From contig NZ_JBALCZ010000040.1 of assembly GCF_036917615.1 (NCBI RefSeq), forward strand, positions 80,292 to 144,291: a stretch of 64,000 nucleotides of DNA. The letters run 5' to 3'. The translations under genes and the position numbers were made by a program. Positions 1 through 9,370 of the stretch are shown here, in pieces. The notes beneath the pieces were generated by a model, which did no database searches, was not told where the DNA came from, and saw nothing but the letters and a program-made list of their open reading frames with translations. This DNA comes from Nostoc sp. (lineage in GTDB: Bacteria > Cyanobacteriota > Cyanobacteriia > Cyanobacteriales > Nostocaceae). The stretch's first letter is position 1, and each line of letters begins with the position of its first letter.

Positions 1-1
1 C

Positions 2-451
2 TATCAAACTGTAGCCCAAGAAAAAGGGATTATGGTAGCCTACACTATACCGACTGAACTCCCATCTGTTTGGTGCGTCAGTGGTGGTCTGAGGCAAATT
101 GTGATTAATATACTGCACAACAGCATTAAGTTTACCCCTAATGGTGGTCAAGTATGGGTGCGTGCCCGTATTCAAGGCGATTATGTCCAATTAGAATTCC
201 GCGACACAGGTATCGGTATTGCCGAAAGCGAGATTCCCAAAATCTTTGATCGGTTTTATCGTGTGCGTACAGCAGCAACTGAAGATTATGGTGGTGCTGG
301 GTTAGGATTAACAATTGTACAGCAATTGCTGCTGCGCTGTGGCGGGTCTATTTCTGTAAAAAGTAAATTATACGAAGGTTCCACATTTACAGTGCAACTG
401 GCAAGTATTGGCGATACCCCAAAAGCGATCGCTACAGAAAATGAGTTGTGA
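2..451 (+). CDS. Sensor histidine kinase, C-terminal ATP-binding (HATPase_c) part; 5' end lies outside the window
   Basis: Frame is open from nt 2 with no stop. Translation shows N-box ILHNSIKFT, G1 FRDTGIGI and G2 GGAGLGLTIV. Confidence 0.85.
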   Translation, partial: YQTVAQEKGIMVAYTIPTELPSVWCVSGGLRQIVINILHNSIKFTPNGGQVWVRARIQGDYVQLEFRDTGIGIAESEIPKIFDRFYRVRTAATEDYGGAGLGLTIVQQLLLRCGGSISVKSKLYEGSTFTVQLASIGDTPKAIATENEL

Positions 452-463
452 GTTATGAATTTT

Positions 464-503
464 TAACTCCTAACTCCTAACTCATCACTCCTAACTCCTA
501 ACT
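464..503. repeat. STRR-type heptanucleotide tandem array (TAACTCC, about 5.5 units)
   Basis: Direct reading: taactcc taactcc taactca tcactcc taactcc taact. It lies between two convergent kinase genes. Confidence 0.85.
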
Positions 504-514
504 ATCGGCTTCTG

Positions 515-1996
515 CTAGCTAACTTCTAAAGGCAGGAAAATCGTCAAAACTTCCCCATAGTGTGGACGCTGGCGCACAATCAGTTTGCCACCGATCGCCT
601 GAAACAAATGCTTGGTTGCGGCGATATTCAAACTAATCGTACCCGTTTCTGGTTGGAACATCAGCAGTTGACCTAGAGCTTTGCGAATTGGTGGCGTTGC
701 AGGTGTGGCGGCTTTATTGGAATCTTTGCACCCGAATTGGGGCGATAATTGTAACTTCAGTTGATCTCCAGCTGGGATAACTTGTACTTGAATATGGCTA
801 CCAGCAGGTAAGCTGCGAGTGAAATTCTCTATCAAACCAGTCAGTACCTGATCCAGCATCATGGGATTACTTACCACTGTTGGTAATTGCTGGGGTAAAA
901 CAACATTTAAAGTTAAGTTCCGCCGATGCGCTGCTTGTTCCCAACGGGGAATGCTCTGCTGCAACACTTGATCTAAAGACATCGGCGTGAGTTGGGTTTT
1001 TGAGGGTTTTGCTGAGGCAGTAGTTTCCAGTTCTGCTGCCTTAAATAGCAACTCCATGCGGTCAATTTGCTCGGTACACTCGTGATCGATAATTTTTAAG
1101 CGATTGATCACAGTGGCATCTAAGTCTCGCCGCTTCAACAGCAGGCGAGTTATGGTGCGAATAGTTGTTAAAGGTGTGCGGACTTCGTGAGCGAAGGCTT
1201 GGAGCAATTCCACATCAGGATTTGGGCATTGGGGATTGGGCATTGGGGATTGGGCATTGGGGATTGGGGATGGGTTATTCTCCTTGTCCCCCTTGTCCCC
1301 AGTCCCAGTCCCTAGTAAAGAGTCCCTAGTATCTTCTGCTTCTGTTAATTCCTGAAGCAACAACTGGCTAAACTGAATCGTGATCCGGCAATCTGGTGCT
1401 ACCGGGGAATACTGTTGTACTAATGCATCCAGGCGGGCGAAAAATTCTGGATTAGCCAGCATTACCCTTGCTCCTAGCGATCGCCAAGCCTGCTGCACTA
1501 CTTCTGGCTGAAAAGAAAATGAAAAGGTTTTTTTACCGTTCTTGTGGGTTGCTAAAACCAGCACTAATCTAAATTTATCTGTAAAAACTAAGCAAAACTG
1601 TTCTGTTCCCAGTGGATCGGCAGGTAATAAAGGAAGTACTGATTCATGAGGAGCAATTTCTTCATTTACAGATGCGTTGGCGTAGCCCGCCCTTGGCATC
1701 ACATCTGGCATCTGAAATGGCATCAGCGCCAAGGGGTTAAATGGTTTTGCTGTAAAAGTTACTGTTTGTAGGCTTTGAGTCAGTTTTGGCTGACTAAATA
1801 AGGGTGCTGGTGCAGCTAAAACTAATCCTTGGGTTGTAGCAGGTGAAGCAGTTGCTAAAGTATTTAATAGCAAATGTTCTGTCGCTGCTAGGCTGACACG
1901 CCACTGCCGCTCTGCTTTAGCAGATGAACATTCAGCTACACTTGATTGATTTTCAGCCAAGATTTCGCTCAGGCTTGGCAATATCCATTCGTACAC
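515..1996 (-). CDS. Histidine-kinase-like protein: intact HisKA H-box, degenerate ATP-binding domain, long uncharacterised N-terminal region
   Basis: 493-aa ORF with H-box FAHEVRTPLTTI. The C-terminal region keeps an N-box-like LIENFTR but I see no DxGxG or GxGxG boxes. It also carries repeat-derived inserts. Confidence 0.7.
   Translation of the reverse strand: MYEWILPSLSEILAENQSSVAECSSAKAERQWRVSLAATEHLLLNTLATASPATTQGLVLAAPAPLFSQPKLTQSLQTVTFTAKPFNPLALMPFQMPDVMPRAGYANASVNEEIAPHESVLPLLPADPLGTEQFCLVFTDKFRLVLVLATHKNGKKTFSFSFQPEVVQQAWRSLGARVMLANPEFFARLDALVQQYSPVAPDCRITIQFSQLLLQELTEAEDTRDSLLGTGTGDKGDKENNPSPIPNAQSPMPNPQCPNPDVELLQAFAHEVRTPLTTIRTITRLLLKRRDLDATVINRLKIIDHECTEQIDRMELLFKAAELETTASAKPSKTQLTPMSLDQVLQQSIPRWEQAAHRRNLTLNVVLPQQLPTVVSNPMMLDQVLTGLIENFTRSLPAGSHIQVQVIPAGDQLKLQLSPQFGCKDSNKAATPATPPIRKALGQLLMFQPETGTISLNIAATKHLFQAIGGKLIVRQRPHYGEVLTIFLPLEVS
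1219..1316. repeat. Heptamer-based tandem repeats inside the kinase-like CDS
   Basis: The 14-mer cattggggattggg occurs about 3.5 times, followed by ccttgtccc / agtccc runs. On the minus strand these encode the low-complexity stretch GDKGDKENNPSPIPNAQSPMPNPQCPNP. Confidence 0.8.
1674..1702. repeat. About 29-nt small dispersed repeat (SDR-like), in-frame copy inside the kinase-like CDS
   Basis: The minus strand reads gtgatgccaagggcgggctacgccaacgc, translating to VMPRAGYANA. Near-identical copies occur at 2135, 2211, 13969 and 16527. Confidence 0.75.
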
Positions 1997-2134
1997 AACT
2001 TTTCACCCCTTAATTCAAGAGCGACTAACAGCGTCTAGGGTAGACATTTCACTACTACTTAAGAGGTTATAGCCATTTGTGTACTGATGACAGTGGTAGA
2101 ACCGAACAATTCGGGCGCAATTTCCCCTCTAAGT

Positions 2135-2163
2135 GCGATGTCTACGACGGGCTACGCCTACGC
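2135..2163. repeat. SDR-like 29-nt repeat copy (intergenic)
   Basis: Sequence gcgatgtctacgacgggctacgcctacgc, flanked by inverted taagtgc / gcactta. Confidence 0.75.
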
Positions 2164-2210
2164 ACTTAGGGGCTGAAAAACACTCGCGCTTAACCTGTTA
2201 GCCGATCATG

Positions 2211-2239
2211 GCGATACCTACGGCTGGCTACGCCTACGC
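2211..2239. repeat. SDR-like 29-nt repeat copy (intergenic)
   Basis: Sequence gcgatacctacggctggctacgcctacgc. Confidence 0.75.
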
Positions 2240-2283
2240 ATTTTTTTAAGTAGATTAGCAATAGACTATCTCAAAGACACTTT

Positions 2284-3123
2284 ATGACTTCTTTTGATTC
2301 AGTTGAAGATTTGGTACTAGTTACTGGTGCTACTGGTGGAGTCGGGCAATTGGTGGTAGGCAAGCTGCTGGAAAAGGGTTTGAAAGTTCGTGTGCTGACA
2401 CGCAATGCTGCAAAAGCTGAAGAAATGTTTAACCAGAGAGTGGAAATTGCCGTTGGTGACATCCGCCAGCCAGCTACACTACCAGCCGCTATGCCAGATG
2501 TCAGCCACATCATAAATTGTACCGGAACCACTGCTTTTCCCTCTACGAAATGGGAGTTTGACCAATCCCCGAACTTGCTTGAATGGGGAATAATTTTTCT
2601 TAACCCCCAATCTAGTCAGGCAAAGGCAAAGAATAGTCCGGCAAAGGTCGATGCCCAAGGTGTCAGCAACCTAGTGGCAGCAGCACCCCGGAATTTGCAG
2701 CGATTCGTTTTCGTCTCTTCCTGCGGAATTCTCCGTAAAAATCAGTTTCCTTTTAGTATTCTTAATGCTTTTGGCGTGTTGGATGCCAAACAAAAGGGTG
2801 AGGAGTCGATTATTAATTCTGGATTACCCTACACTATTATCCGCGCAGGACGCCTCATTGACGGACCATATACCTCATACGACCTCAACACGCTCTTGAA
2901 GGCAAAAACCGGGGGTAAATACGGTGTGGTAGTAGGCACTGGGGATACACTTTCGGGTGATGCCAGCCGGATTGACGTAGCCAGCGCTTGTGTAGAATGC
3001 CTTTTTCAGCCAAGTAGTTCGAGACAAATTTTTGAAATAGTCAACCAGGGACAAAGACCGCCTGTGATTGATTGGGAAACTCTTTTTTCTGGGCTAGGCA
3101 AATCCTCTGCCTTTGATTCCTAG
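2284..3123 (+). CDS. NAD(P)-binding Rossmann protein (atypical SDR, NmrA/Tic62-like)
   Basis: 279 aa with N-terminal dinucleotide-binding motif VTGATGGVGQLVV. Confidence 0.75.
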   Translation: MTSFDSVEDLVLVTGATGGVGQLVVGKLLEKGLKVRVLTRNAAKAEEMFNQRVEIAVGDIRQPATLPAAMPDVSHIINCTGTTAFPSTKWEFDQSPNLLEWGIIFLNPQSSQAKAKNSPAKVDAQGVSNLVAAAPRNLQRFVFVSSCGILRKNQFPFSILNAFGVLDAKQKGEESIINSGLPYTIIRAGRLIDGPYTSYDLNTLLKAKTGGKYGVVVGTGDTLSGDASRIDVASACVECLFQPSSSRQIFEIVNQGQRPPVIDWETLFSGLGKSSAFDS

Positions 3124-3894
3124 AGTGGGTTGTGAGTCACCAAAGTTCAGATGCCTGTCTTGAAAAGTGAGGCTCGTTCCGAGACTCGATGACTCGCTAA
3201 CCGGAGATTTCGGAATCTTTGGCTTTGGGCTGCGCTAACAGAGCGCTAGAAGCCGCCGCTCCACGCCAGTTACTTTCCGACGCAAAACGACAGGAACGCA
3301 CTGGCTCGACTTCTAGCGCTCATGCGGAGTAATAATTTGCTCAATGCCCAATGACGCCAGTTGCCTCTCCCTTTGGAAGAAGTGGACACCAAGGCGAACA
3401 AGTCGGCAGAGCGCAAGGGCGCACATCACCTAATTCCCAATGACTAAATATTGCAATTACCCTGAATTACGGAAGCGATGCCTGCTTTGGGCGTAGCTGC
3501 GACGCCTTTTAATTTTGTTTTATCCTCAGTGTTTCTATAGTTTGTTACCTCTAAAGACGGCAAACACCACTCTGACGTTACGGTTCACCCTAATTACTGA
3601 AAGTATTAATTCTCATACATTAGACAAAGTGAAGGCAAATTAATCCATGAACCAACTAAAAAAAGTATTTAGTTAGTTTAACCGTCCCAAGTAAGGTTCG
3701 GGAAACCACCCTTCATGGACTGGCTAGCACTAAGCTTCAGTATATATATCAGCATAGTCTGGAGTTTTAACTCTAGATAGCCAAACTAAAGGTATTCATG
3801 CTGAACTGGCTGATTTATTGACCCTGTTGGTTCAAAATTTAGTCCTTTATATTCTCATTCATTCATTTGTAGTTATACGGAGCCAGCCCCTAAA

Positions 3895-5799
3895 ATGGCA
3901 AAAGTAGTTGGAATTGACTTAGGAACAACGAACTCCTGCGTGGCAGTGATGGAAGGTGGTAAACCCACAGTAATTGCTAATGCTGAAGGTTTTCGGACAA
4001 CGCCATCAGTAGTCGCATTTGCGAAAAATGGCGACAACTTGGTTGGTCAAATCGCCAAACGCCAAGCGGTGATGAACCCCGAAAATACGTTTTACTCAGT
4101 CAAACGCTTTATCGGACGCCGCTACGACGAAGTGAGTAACGAAGCTACGGAAGTTTCTTACAAAGTCCTCAGCAGCAACGGCAATGTCAAATTAGATTGT
4201 CCTATAGTTGGTAAACCGTTTGCTCCTGAAGAGATTTCTGCAAAAGTTCTTCGCAAACTAGTTGAAGACGCCAGCAAATACTTGGGCGAAACCGTAACCC
4301 AAGCTGTAATCACCGTTCCGGCATACTTCAACGACTCCCAGCGGCAAGCGACAAAAGACGCTGGGAAAATTGCAGGTATTGAAGTTCTACGGATTATCAA
4401 CGAGCCTACCGCTGCTTCTCTGGCATACGGATTTGATAAGAAGAGTAACGAAACCATTCTCGTATTTGACCTTGGTGGTGGTACCTTCGACGTATCCGTG
4501 CTGGAAGTAGGAGATGGGGTTTTTGAAGTACTAGCCACATCTGGTGATACCCACCTCGGTGGTGACGACTTCGATAAAAAAATAGTTGACTTCTTAGCTG
4601 AGAAGTTCAAGAAAGCCGAAGGTATTGACCTGCGGAAAGACAAACAAGCCTTACAACGTCTGACGGAAGCCGCAGAAAAAGCCAAAATTGAGCTTTCTAG
4701 CGTCACCCAAGCAGAAATCAACTTGCCATTTATCACCGCTACCCAGGATGGGCCGAAGCACCTGGATACAACCCTGACTCGCGCCCAGTTTGAAGAACTT
4801 TGCTCTGACTTAATCGACCGTTGCCGTGTTCCTGTGGAAAACGCGCTCCGGGATGCCAAGTTAAACAAAGGCGATATTGATGAAGTGGTGTTAGTTGGTG
4901 GTTCTACTCGCATTCCCGCAGTCCACCAGATTGTGAAGCAGGTATTGGGTAAAGACCCCAACCAAAGCGTCAACCCTGATGAAGTCGTAGCAGTTGGTGC
5001 AGCCATTCAAGCTGGGGTATTGGCTGGTGATGTAACTGGCATCTTGCTGTTAGACGTGACACCGCTATCTTTGGGTGTAGAAACCTTGGGCGGCGTGATG
5101 ACCAAAATTATCCCCCGCAACACGACAATTCCCACCAAGAAATCCGAAGTCTTCTCCACCGCTGTGGATGGTCAAACCAACGTAGAAATTCACGTCCTTC
5201 AAGGTGAACGCGAATTCTCTAACGATAACAAGAGCTTGGGAACCTTCCGCCTGGATGGTATTCCTCCTGCACCACGCGGCGTTCCTCAAATTGAAGTCGT
5301 GTTCGACATTGATGCTAACGGTATTCTTAACGTCACCGCTAAGGACAAAGGCACTGGTAAAGAACAGTCCATCAGCATAACTGGCGCTTCCACCCTGGAT
5401 AAATCTGACGTTGACCGGATGGTGAGAGAAGCTGAACAGAACGCTTCATCTGACAAAGAGCGGCGTGAGAGGATTGAACGCAAGAACCAAGCCGACTCCT
5501 TGGCATACCAAGCTGAGAAGCAGCTACAAGAATTGGGCGATAAAGTTCCCGCTGCTGACAAGACCAAAGTCGAAGGTTTAGTAAAAGAACTGCGGGAAGC
5601 AGTTGCTAAAGAAGACGATGAGCAAATCAAAAAGCTCACCCCAGAATTGCAACAAGCGCTATTCGCTGTTGGTAGCAACATCTATCAACAAGCTGGTGGC
5701 GGTGCTGCACCAGATGCTGAACCTCAAGATGGCGGTTCTACATCTAGCTCTGGTAGCGGCGATGATGTGATTGACGCTGATTTTACAGAGAGTAAATAA
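3895..5799 (+). CDS. dnaK: Molecular chaperone DnaK (Hsp70)
   Basis: 634 aa with Hsp70 signatures [17 protein letters not shown] and [10 protein letters not shown], plus an acidic Gly/Ser-rich tail. Confidence 0.97.
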   Translation: MAKVVGIDLGTTNSCVAVMEGGKPTVIANAEGFRTTPSVVAFAKNGDNLVGQIAKRQAVMNPENTFYSVKRFIGRRYDEVSNEATEVSYKVLSSNGNVKLDCPIVGKPFAPEEISAKVLRKLVEDASKYLGETVTQAVITVPAYFNDSQRQATKDAGKIAGIEVLRIINEPTAASLAYGFDKKSNETILVFDLGGGTFDVSVLEVGDGVFEVLATSGDTHLGGDDFDKKIVDFLAEKFKKAEGIDLRKDKQALQRLTEAAEKAKIELSSVTQAEINLPFITATQDGPKHLDTTLTRAQFEELCSDLIDRCRVPVENALRDAKLNKGDIDEVVLVGGSTRIPAVHQIVKQVLGKDPNQSVNPDEVVAVGAAIQAGVLAGDVTGILLLDVTPLSLGVETLGGVMTKIIPRNTTIPTKKSEVFSTAVDGQTNVEIHVLQGEREFSNDNKSLGTFRLDGIPPAPRGVPQIEVVFDIDANGILNVTAKDKGTGKEQSISITGASTLDKSDVDRMVREAEQNASSDKERRERIERKNQADSLAYQAEKQLQELGDKVPAADKTKVEGLVKELREAVAKEDDEQIKKLTPELQQALFAVGSNIYQQAGGGAAPDAEPQDGGSTSSSGSGDDVIDADFTESK

Positions 5800-5845
5800 T
5801 TCCCCTACTTCTTTTGGGAAGATTATCTTGTCTTGCTTCATATTA

Positions 5846-5880
5846 CCCACTCAGGCAAATGCCTGAGTGGGGATTTTTTT
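5846..5880 (+). terminator. Rho-independent terminator of dnaK
   Basis: Stem-loop cccactcaggc - aaat - gcctgagtggg, followed by gattttttt. Confidence 0.85.
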
Positions 5881-5973
5881 AGAAGTTAGGAGTTAAGAGT
5901 CAGAAATAATATTAGTAACTCTTAACCTAAATTTTAAACTTTATTTTTAAATTAACTATCTTGGCAAGCACAA

Positions 5974-6426
5974 TTAGCTCTTTTCCTGCTTGGGAATAAT
6001 CGAAATCCCACCACTGCGCTCCAACACAGCATACTTGATCTGATCCATGCGTTCCAAGCCTTGCAATTCGCGGGCTGCGGTCAGAATATCGTCCTCATCC
6101 ACCCGTGCCTTTGCCATGCGGTCTTTTAGGGGGCGACCTTCTTCCACAATCACTAACGGCACACCATCGAGGAACTTTTCGATTTGGGGCGATCGCTGCT
6201 TGCAAAGCGACAGTGCAATATCGATTCCGACTAACGTCATAATCACCAGAAACCCATTCGTTAGCGAGTAATCATTTCCAATCATCGCGTTCTGGGTAGC
6301 TTCGCTGATAATCAGCAGCAAGATGAAGTCAAACGTGGTGATTTGCGCTAATGATCGCTTCCCTGCAAGGCGAAAGAGAATAAATAAAAAAAGGTAAACA
6401 GCAACGGCACGGAGAACAGCACCCAC
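5974..6426 (-). CDS. DUF421/YetF-family membrane protein
   Basis: 150 aa with N-terminal TM helices ([26 protein letters not shown]) and a C-terminal soluble domain typical of the family. Confidence 0.65.
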   Translation of the reverse strand: MGAVLRAVAVYLFLFILFRLAGKRSLAQITTFDFILLLIISEATQNAMIGNDYSLTNGFLVIMTLVGIDIALSLCKQRSPQIEKFLDGVPLVIVEEGRPLKDRMAKARVDEDDILTAARELQGLERMDQIKYAVLERSGGISIIPKQEKS

Positions 6427-6448
6427 AACAAGCTCCTGACATTTCTAA

Positions 6449-6982
6449 TTAAGGATAAACTAACTGATTAAATGGTATGGGTGATCCCGTTTCCAGACCC
6501 ACTGAACCCGATAACGCACCGATTTGATCTGGCTGTAGGTAGAACGTAACCGTGGTGGGTTGATCTGGTTTGGGATTGGCAAAGGTGTATATGAAGCGAT
6601 TTGATTGCGCTTCAACGCTTTCTGGCTCTGGTGTCACTTGCTGAAGTTGAACGTTTTCTAGATAATCGCGCTTGAACCAAACCCGAATTTTGCCTGCCTG
6701 CTCTGCGTTGGGGCTAAAATGCAGCCGGAGTTTGGCTGGCGACTGAAATCGTTCAAACCGTTCATACTCTAGCCATAATGGATCGGTTTGCTTACCTGCC
6801 TTGGCGTTGCTTAACAGGCCAGTTCCGAACACTCCTAGTAGTCCTGCGAAAGTGACCAGTGCGATAACCAGCCAACCGATGCGTTGGATAATCCACGCTC
6901 GCTGCTGATAATCCAGATCCTGATCAATTTCCAAGTCTCCCACTCGTTTTAAGTTTGCCATTATTCCACTATTCCACTGCAC
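6449..6982 (-). CDS. Hypothetical single-pass membrane protein
   Basis: 177-aa ORF ending 22 nt upstream of the DUF421 start and co-oriented with it. One TM (WLVIALVTFAGLLGVFGTGLL). The start could be the internal MANLK. Confidence 0.5.
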   Translation of the reverse strand: MQWNSGIMANLKRVGDLEIDQDLDYQQRAWIIQRIGWLVIALVTFAGLLGVFGTGLLSNAKAGKQTDPLWLEYERFERFQSPAKLRLHFSPNAEQAGKIRVWFKRDYLENVQLQQVTPEPESVEAQSNRFIYTFANPKPDQPTTVTFYLQPDQIGALSGSVGLETGSPIPFNQLVYP

Positions 6983-7534
6983 TTGCTGGATTTCAAGTAC
7001 TTTGCTGGTTATTAAGAAAGAATTTTTTTTAAAGCTGGAGCCAGAATGAGCGGATGAATTTTATCCGACTGGTAAAGCCGCGAACTCCCAAAAGGCGAGA
7101 GTTGAAAGCGCGATCGCATTCTTAAATCTCTGACCACAGGGCGTGGGAGAATCGCCCCGTCAGCCCCTCAATATAAAAGCGCAGTCAAAGTGTTGGACAG
7201 GTTTATTTCTGAAATCGAAGGTGTCACGCAATCAAAAGAATTGAAAGAGCGCATTCAGCAGGCAGTCCCAGAATCTCAAGTTGAATTACCGAAAGAAAAT
7301 AGCGAAACTTCCAAAAAGCGCGCTCACCCAAAAAAACAGAGTGCTGATAGTCATGATTAAATAGCTAAATTCAGGCTAATCTGGGAGCTTCAATGCCAAA
7401 AAGCAGAAATGCGAATTCAATAGTTTTATAAAAATATATAGAGAAACAACGCTACTAAAAAAATAATCCCTCTTCCAGATGTTTGAGGGATTTGTGGGAA
7501 ATTTTTCCCAACTTAGCTATTTAGAGAAATGGAG

Positions 7535-8326
7535 CTATTCTTTCAATGCTGTGACAAAAAAGATGCGACCAACATCTGGAACATCTCGTGGTGGAAATTT
7601 AGAAATATAACGATCAAAATGGGCTTGTTCGTCTCCTGGCTGAACAACTGATGCCTTCCATCCATAATTAGCAAATAAGGTTTCTGGCTCCTCGCATCCA
7701 TAACGCCAATATTTAGATAATCCGTCGTCGGTCTGTAATATCAATTTTGTATTTATTAAATCAGCCCCTAAGCAACTGGTGGGCGCACTTAAGTTAGTAA
7801 TTGTCTTGATTAAGTCATGTACCTCATTCTCACTGAAGTAGTAAAATACTCCCTCCAGTAACCAAACTGAAGGGATATCAATTTGATATCCTTGAGCAAT
7901 GAGCAGATCAGACCAAGGTTCTTTAAGGTTAATTGACAGCGAATGCCGATTGCATAAAGCTTGAGAATTTTCTAAAAGAGATTCTTTAAGTTGCAAGACT
8001 TCAGGTTGGTCTACTTCGTACAAATGAGTGTCAGGATGCCAAGTAAGGCGGAAAGCCCTGGTGTCCATCCCAGCTCCTAAAATGACAATTTGACTTCTTT
8101 GATGGGCAACAGACATCAAAAAATCATCAAAAAATCGTGTTCGTGTAGCAACAAAGGGTGTGCCTTTATTTTGGTGTTCTTTGGCTGTTGGCATAACTTC
8201 TGCAATCATTTCATCCCCAGCTAATAAAGCCGCCAACGGATCTGAAAATAACCTATCTGGTCTTTGTGTTTCTATGGCCCGTATTGCCGCCATAATACGA
8301 GAGGTTAAAGCGACAGAATCCTTCAT
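7535..8326 (-). CDS. Class I SAM-dependent methyltransferase (LCMT / TIGR00027-like O-methyltransferase family)
   Basis: 263 aa with motifs VILGAGMDTRAFRL and EVDQPEVL. Confidence 0.75.
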   Translation of the reverse strand: MKDSVALTSRIMAAIRAIETQRPDRLFSDPLAALLAGDEMIAEVMPTAKEHQNKGTPFVATRTRFFDDFLMSVAHQRSQIVILGAGMDTRAFRLTWHPDTHLYEVDQPEVLQLKESLLENSQALCNRHSLSINLKEPWSDLLIAQGYQIDIPSVWLLEGVFYYFSENEVHDLIKTITNLSAPTSCLGADLINTKLILQTDDGLSKYWRYGCEEPETLFANYGWKASVVQPGDEQAHFDRYISKFPPRDVPDVGRIFFVTALKE

Positions 8327-8704
8327 CTATTGCATTATCCTTTTGTTACTAAAACGTAATTATGTAAAAACTAGTCTAAAGTCATATCTTCTCATACAAC
8401 AGCTTCGATTTTTTACGTGCATGGTTTGGCTAGCGCAAACAGATTAGACCTTTTGCAAAAGTCCCCAACACCCCACCCCCTAAGAGCTTGCTCTTAGGGG
8501 AGACAAAGCTACGCTTTGGCTGTTTGGGATTTTTATTTTTGATTTATGCAAGAGGTCTATTCCAGTCTTAGCAAACAAATACCACGTTATCGTCCCCGAT
8601 TTGCGAGGATAGGAGATAGTCAAAAACCCCCTGACTTGATTGCTGGGGTCAATTCTTTAATCTAAAATCCTCTGGTTGTGTGACTCTCAACTCTTAACTT
8701 TTTT

Positions 8705-9328
8705 ATGCCATATCCCCAAGCACCTTGGACACTTTAAGGCAACGCTATCCAAACTCTGCATTTGGTAAATATTCACCAAGTGCGCCCTTTGATTCCCTTA
8801 GAGTTAGAAATTATTTCTGTATGGCCTGGTAAAACCCTCGGTAGCGTGTATTTATCTAATTACGGGTCAGGCTCAGTACTAGAGTACAGTGAGTTAATTA
8901 TTGTCTCAGCTTTGGTTAATTACCAGAGGAAAATCGGCGCTTGGATTTCTCACATTTATGTAGATAATCCTGATTCGGTCGCTGGTGGTCGAGAAATTTG
9001 GGGACTACCAAAGGAACTAGCTGAGTTTACCTGGGAACAAGGAAAGCATGTCGCTGTACATCAAGGAAACCAGAAGCTGTGTAGTCTTAACTATAATCGG
9101 CAGAACTTGGCATGGCGACAATGGTTAAGTGCCTCTAGTTTCAGCGCCAAGGGTGCTGATTTGCTAATATTCCCTGCTGAATTTGAGTCTGTATTAGGTT
9201 TGATTAGTTCTAAGTTAGAAATTCCCGCCGAAAGTCCTTTTTTTGGAATAGGTTTAGGTCAGCCTTGGTTAACTGTGCGTTGTGAGCAGATGAGTCTACG
9301 GGTGGATGCGCCAAAAGTGGTAGGTTAA
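8705..9328 (+). pseudogene. Acetoacetate-decarboxylase (ADC)-family gene with an in-frame TAA at codon 11
   Basis: The ATG at 8705 gives MPYPQAPWTL*GNAIQTLHLVNIHQVRPL, in frame with the long ORF. The family motif GREIWGLPKE lies further on. The ORF track can only start at TTG 8762. Confidence 0.55.
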
Positions 9329-9370
9329 ATGGGCATTTAGGCATAACCATAACTTTGACACTTTATCAAA

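Noticed and set aside
2271-2531. An 86-aa minus-strand ORF overlapping the start of the NAD(P)-binding protein gene
   Set aside because: It is antisense to a gene with a clear Rossmann motif and has no features of its own.
3700-3894. Search for a CIRCE (TTAGCACTC-N9-GAGTGCTAA) heat-shock operator upstream of dnaK
   Set aside because: Only a half-site-like ctagcactaagc occurs at about 3725, with no inverted partner. This is not enough support.
4158-5681. Three long antisense ORFs (4158..5006, 5065..5289, 5286..5681) inside dnaK
   Set aside because: They are shadow frames of a highly expressed, strongly biased gene. Their Ser/Thr/Ala-rich nonsense composition and lack of start context argue against them, and dnaK explains the region fully.
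7113-7358. An 80-codon open frame without a start codon (…GRGRIAPSAPQYKSAVKVLDRFISEIEGVTQSKELKERIQQAV…KKRAHPKKQSADSHD*)
   Set aside because: It could be the C-terminal remnant of a lost gene. However, I recognise no family and there is no start, so I left it unannotated.
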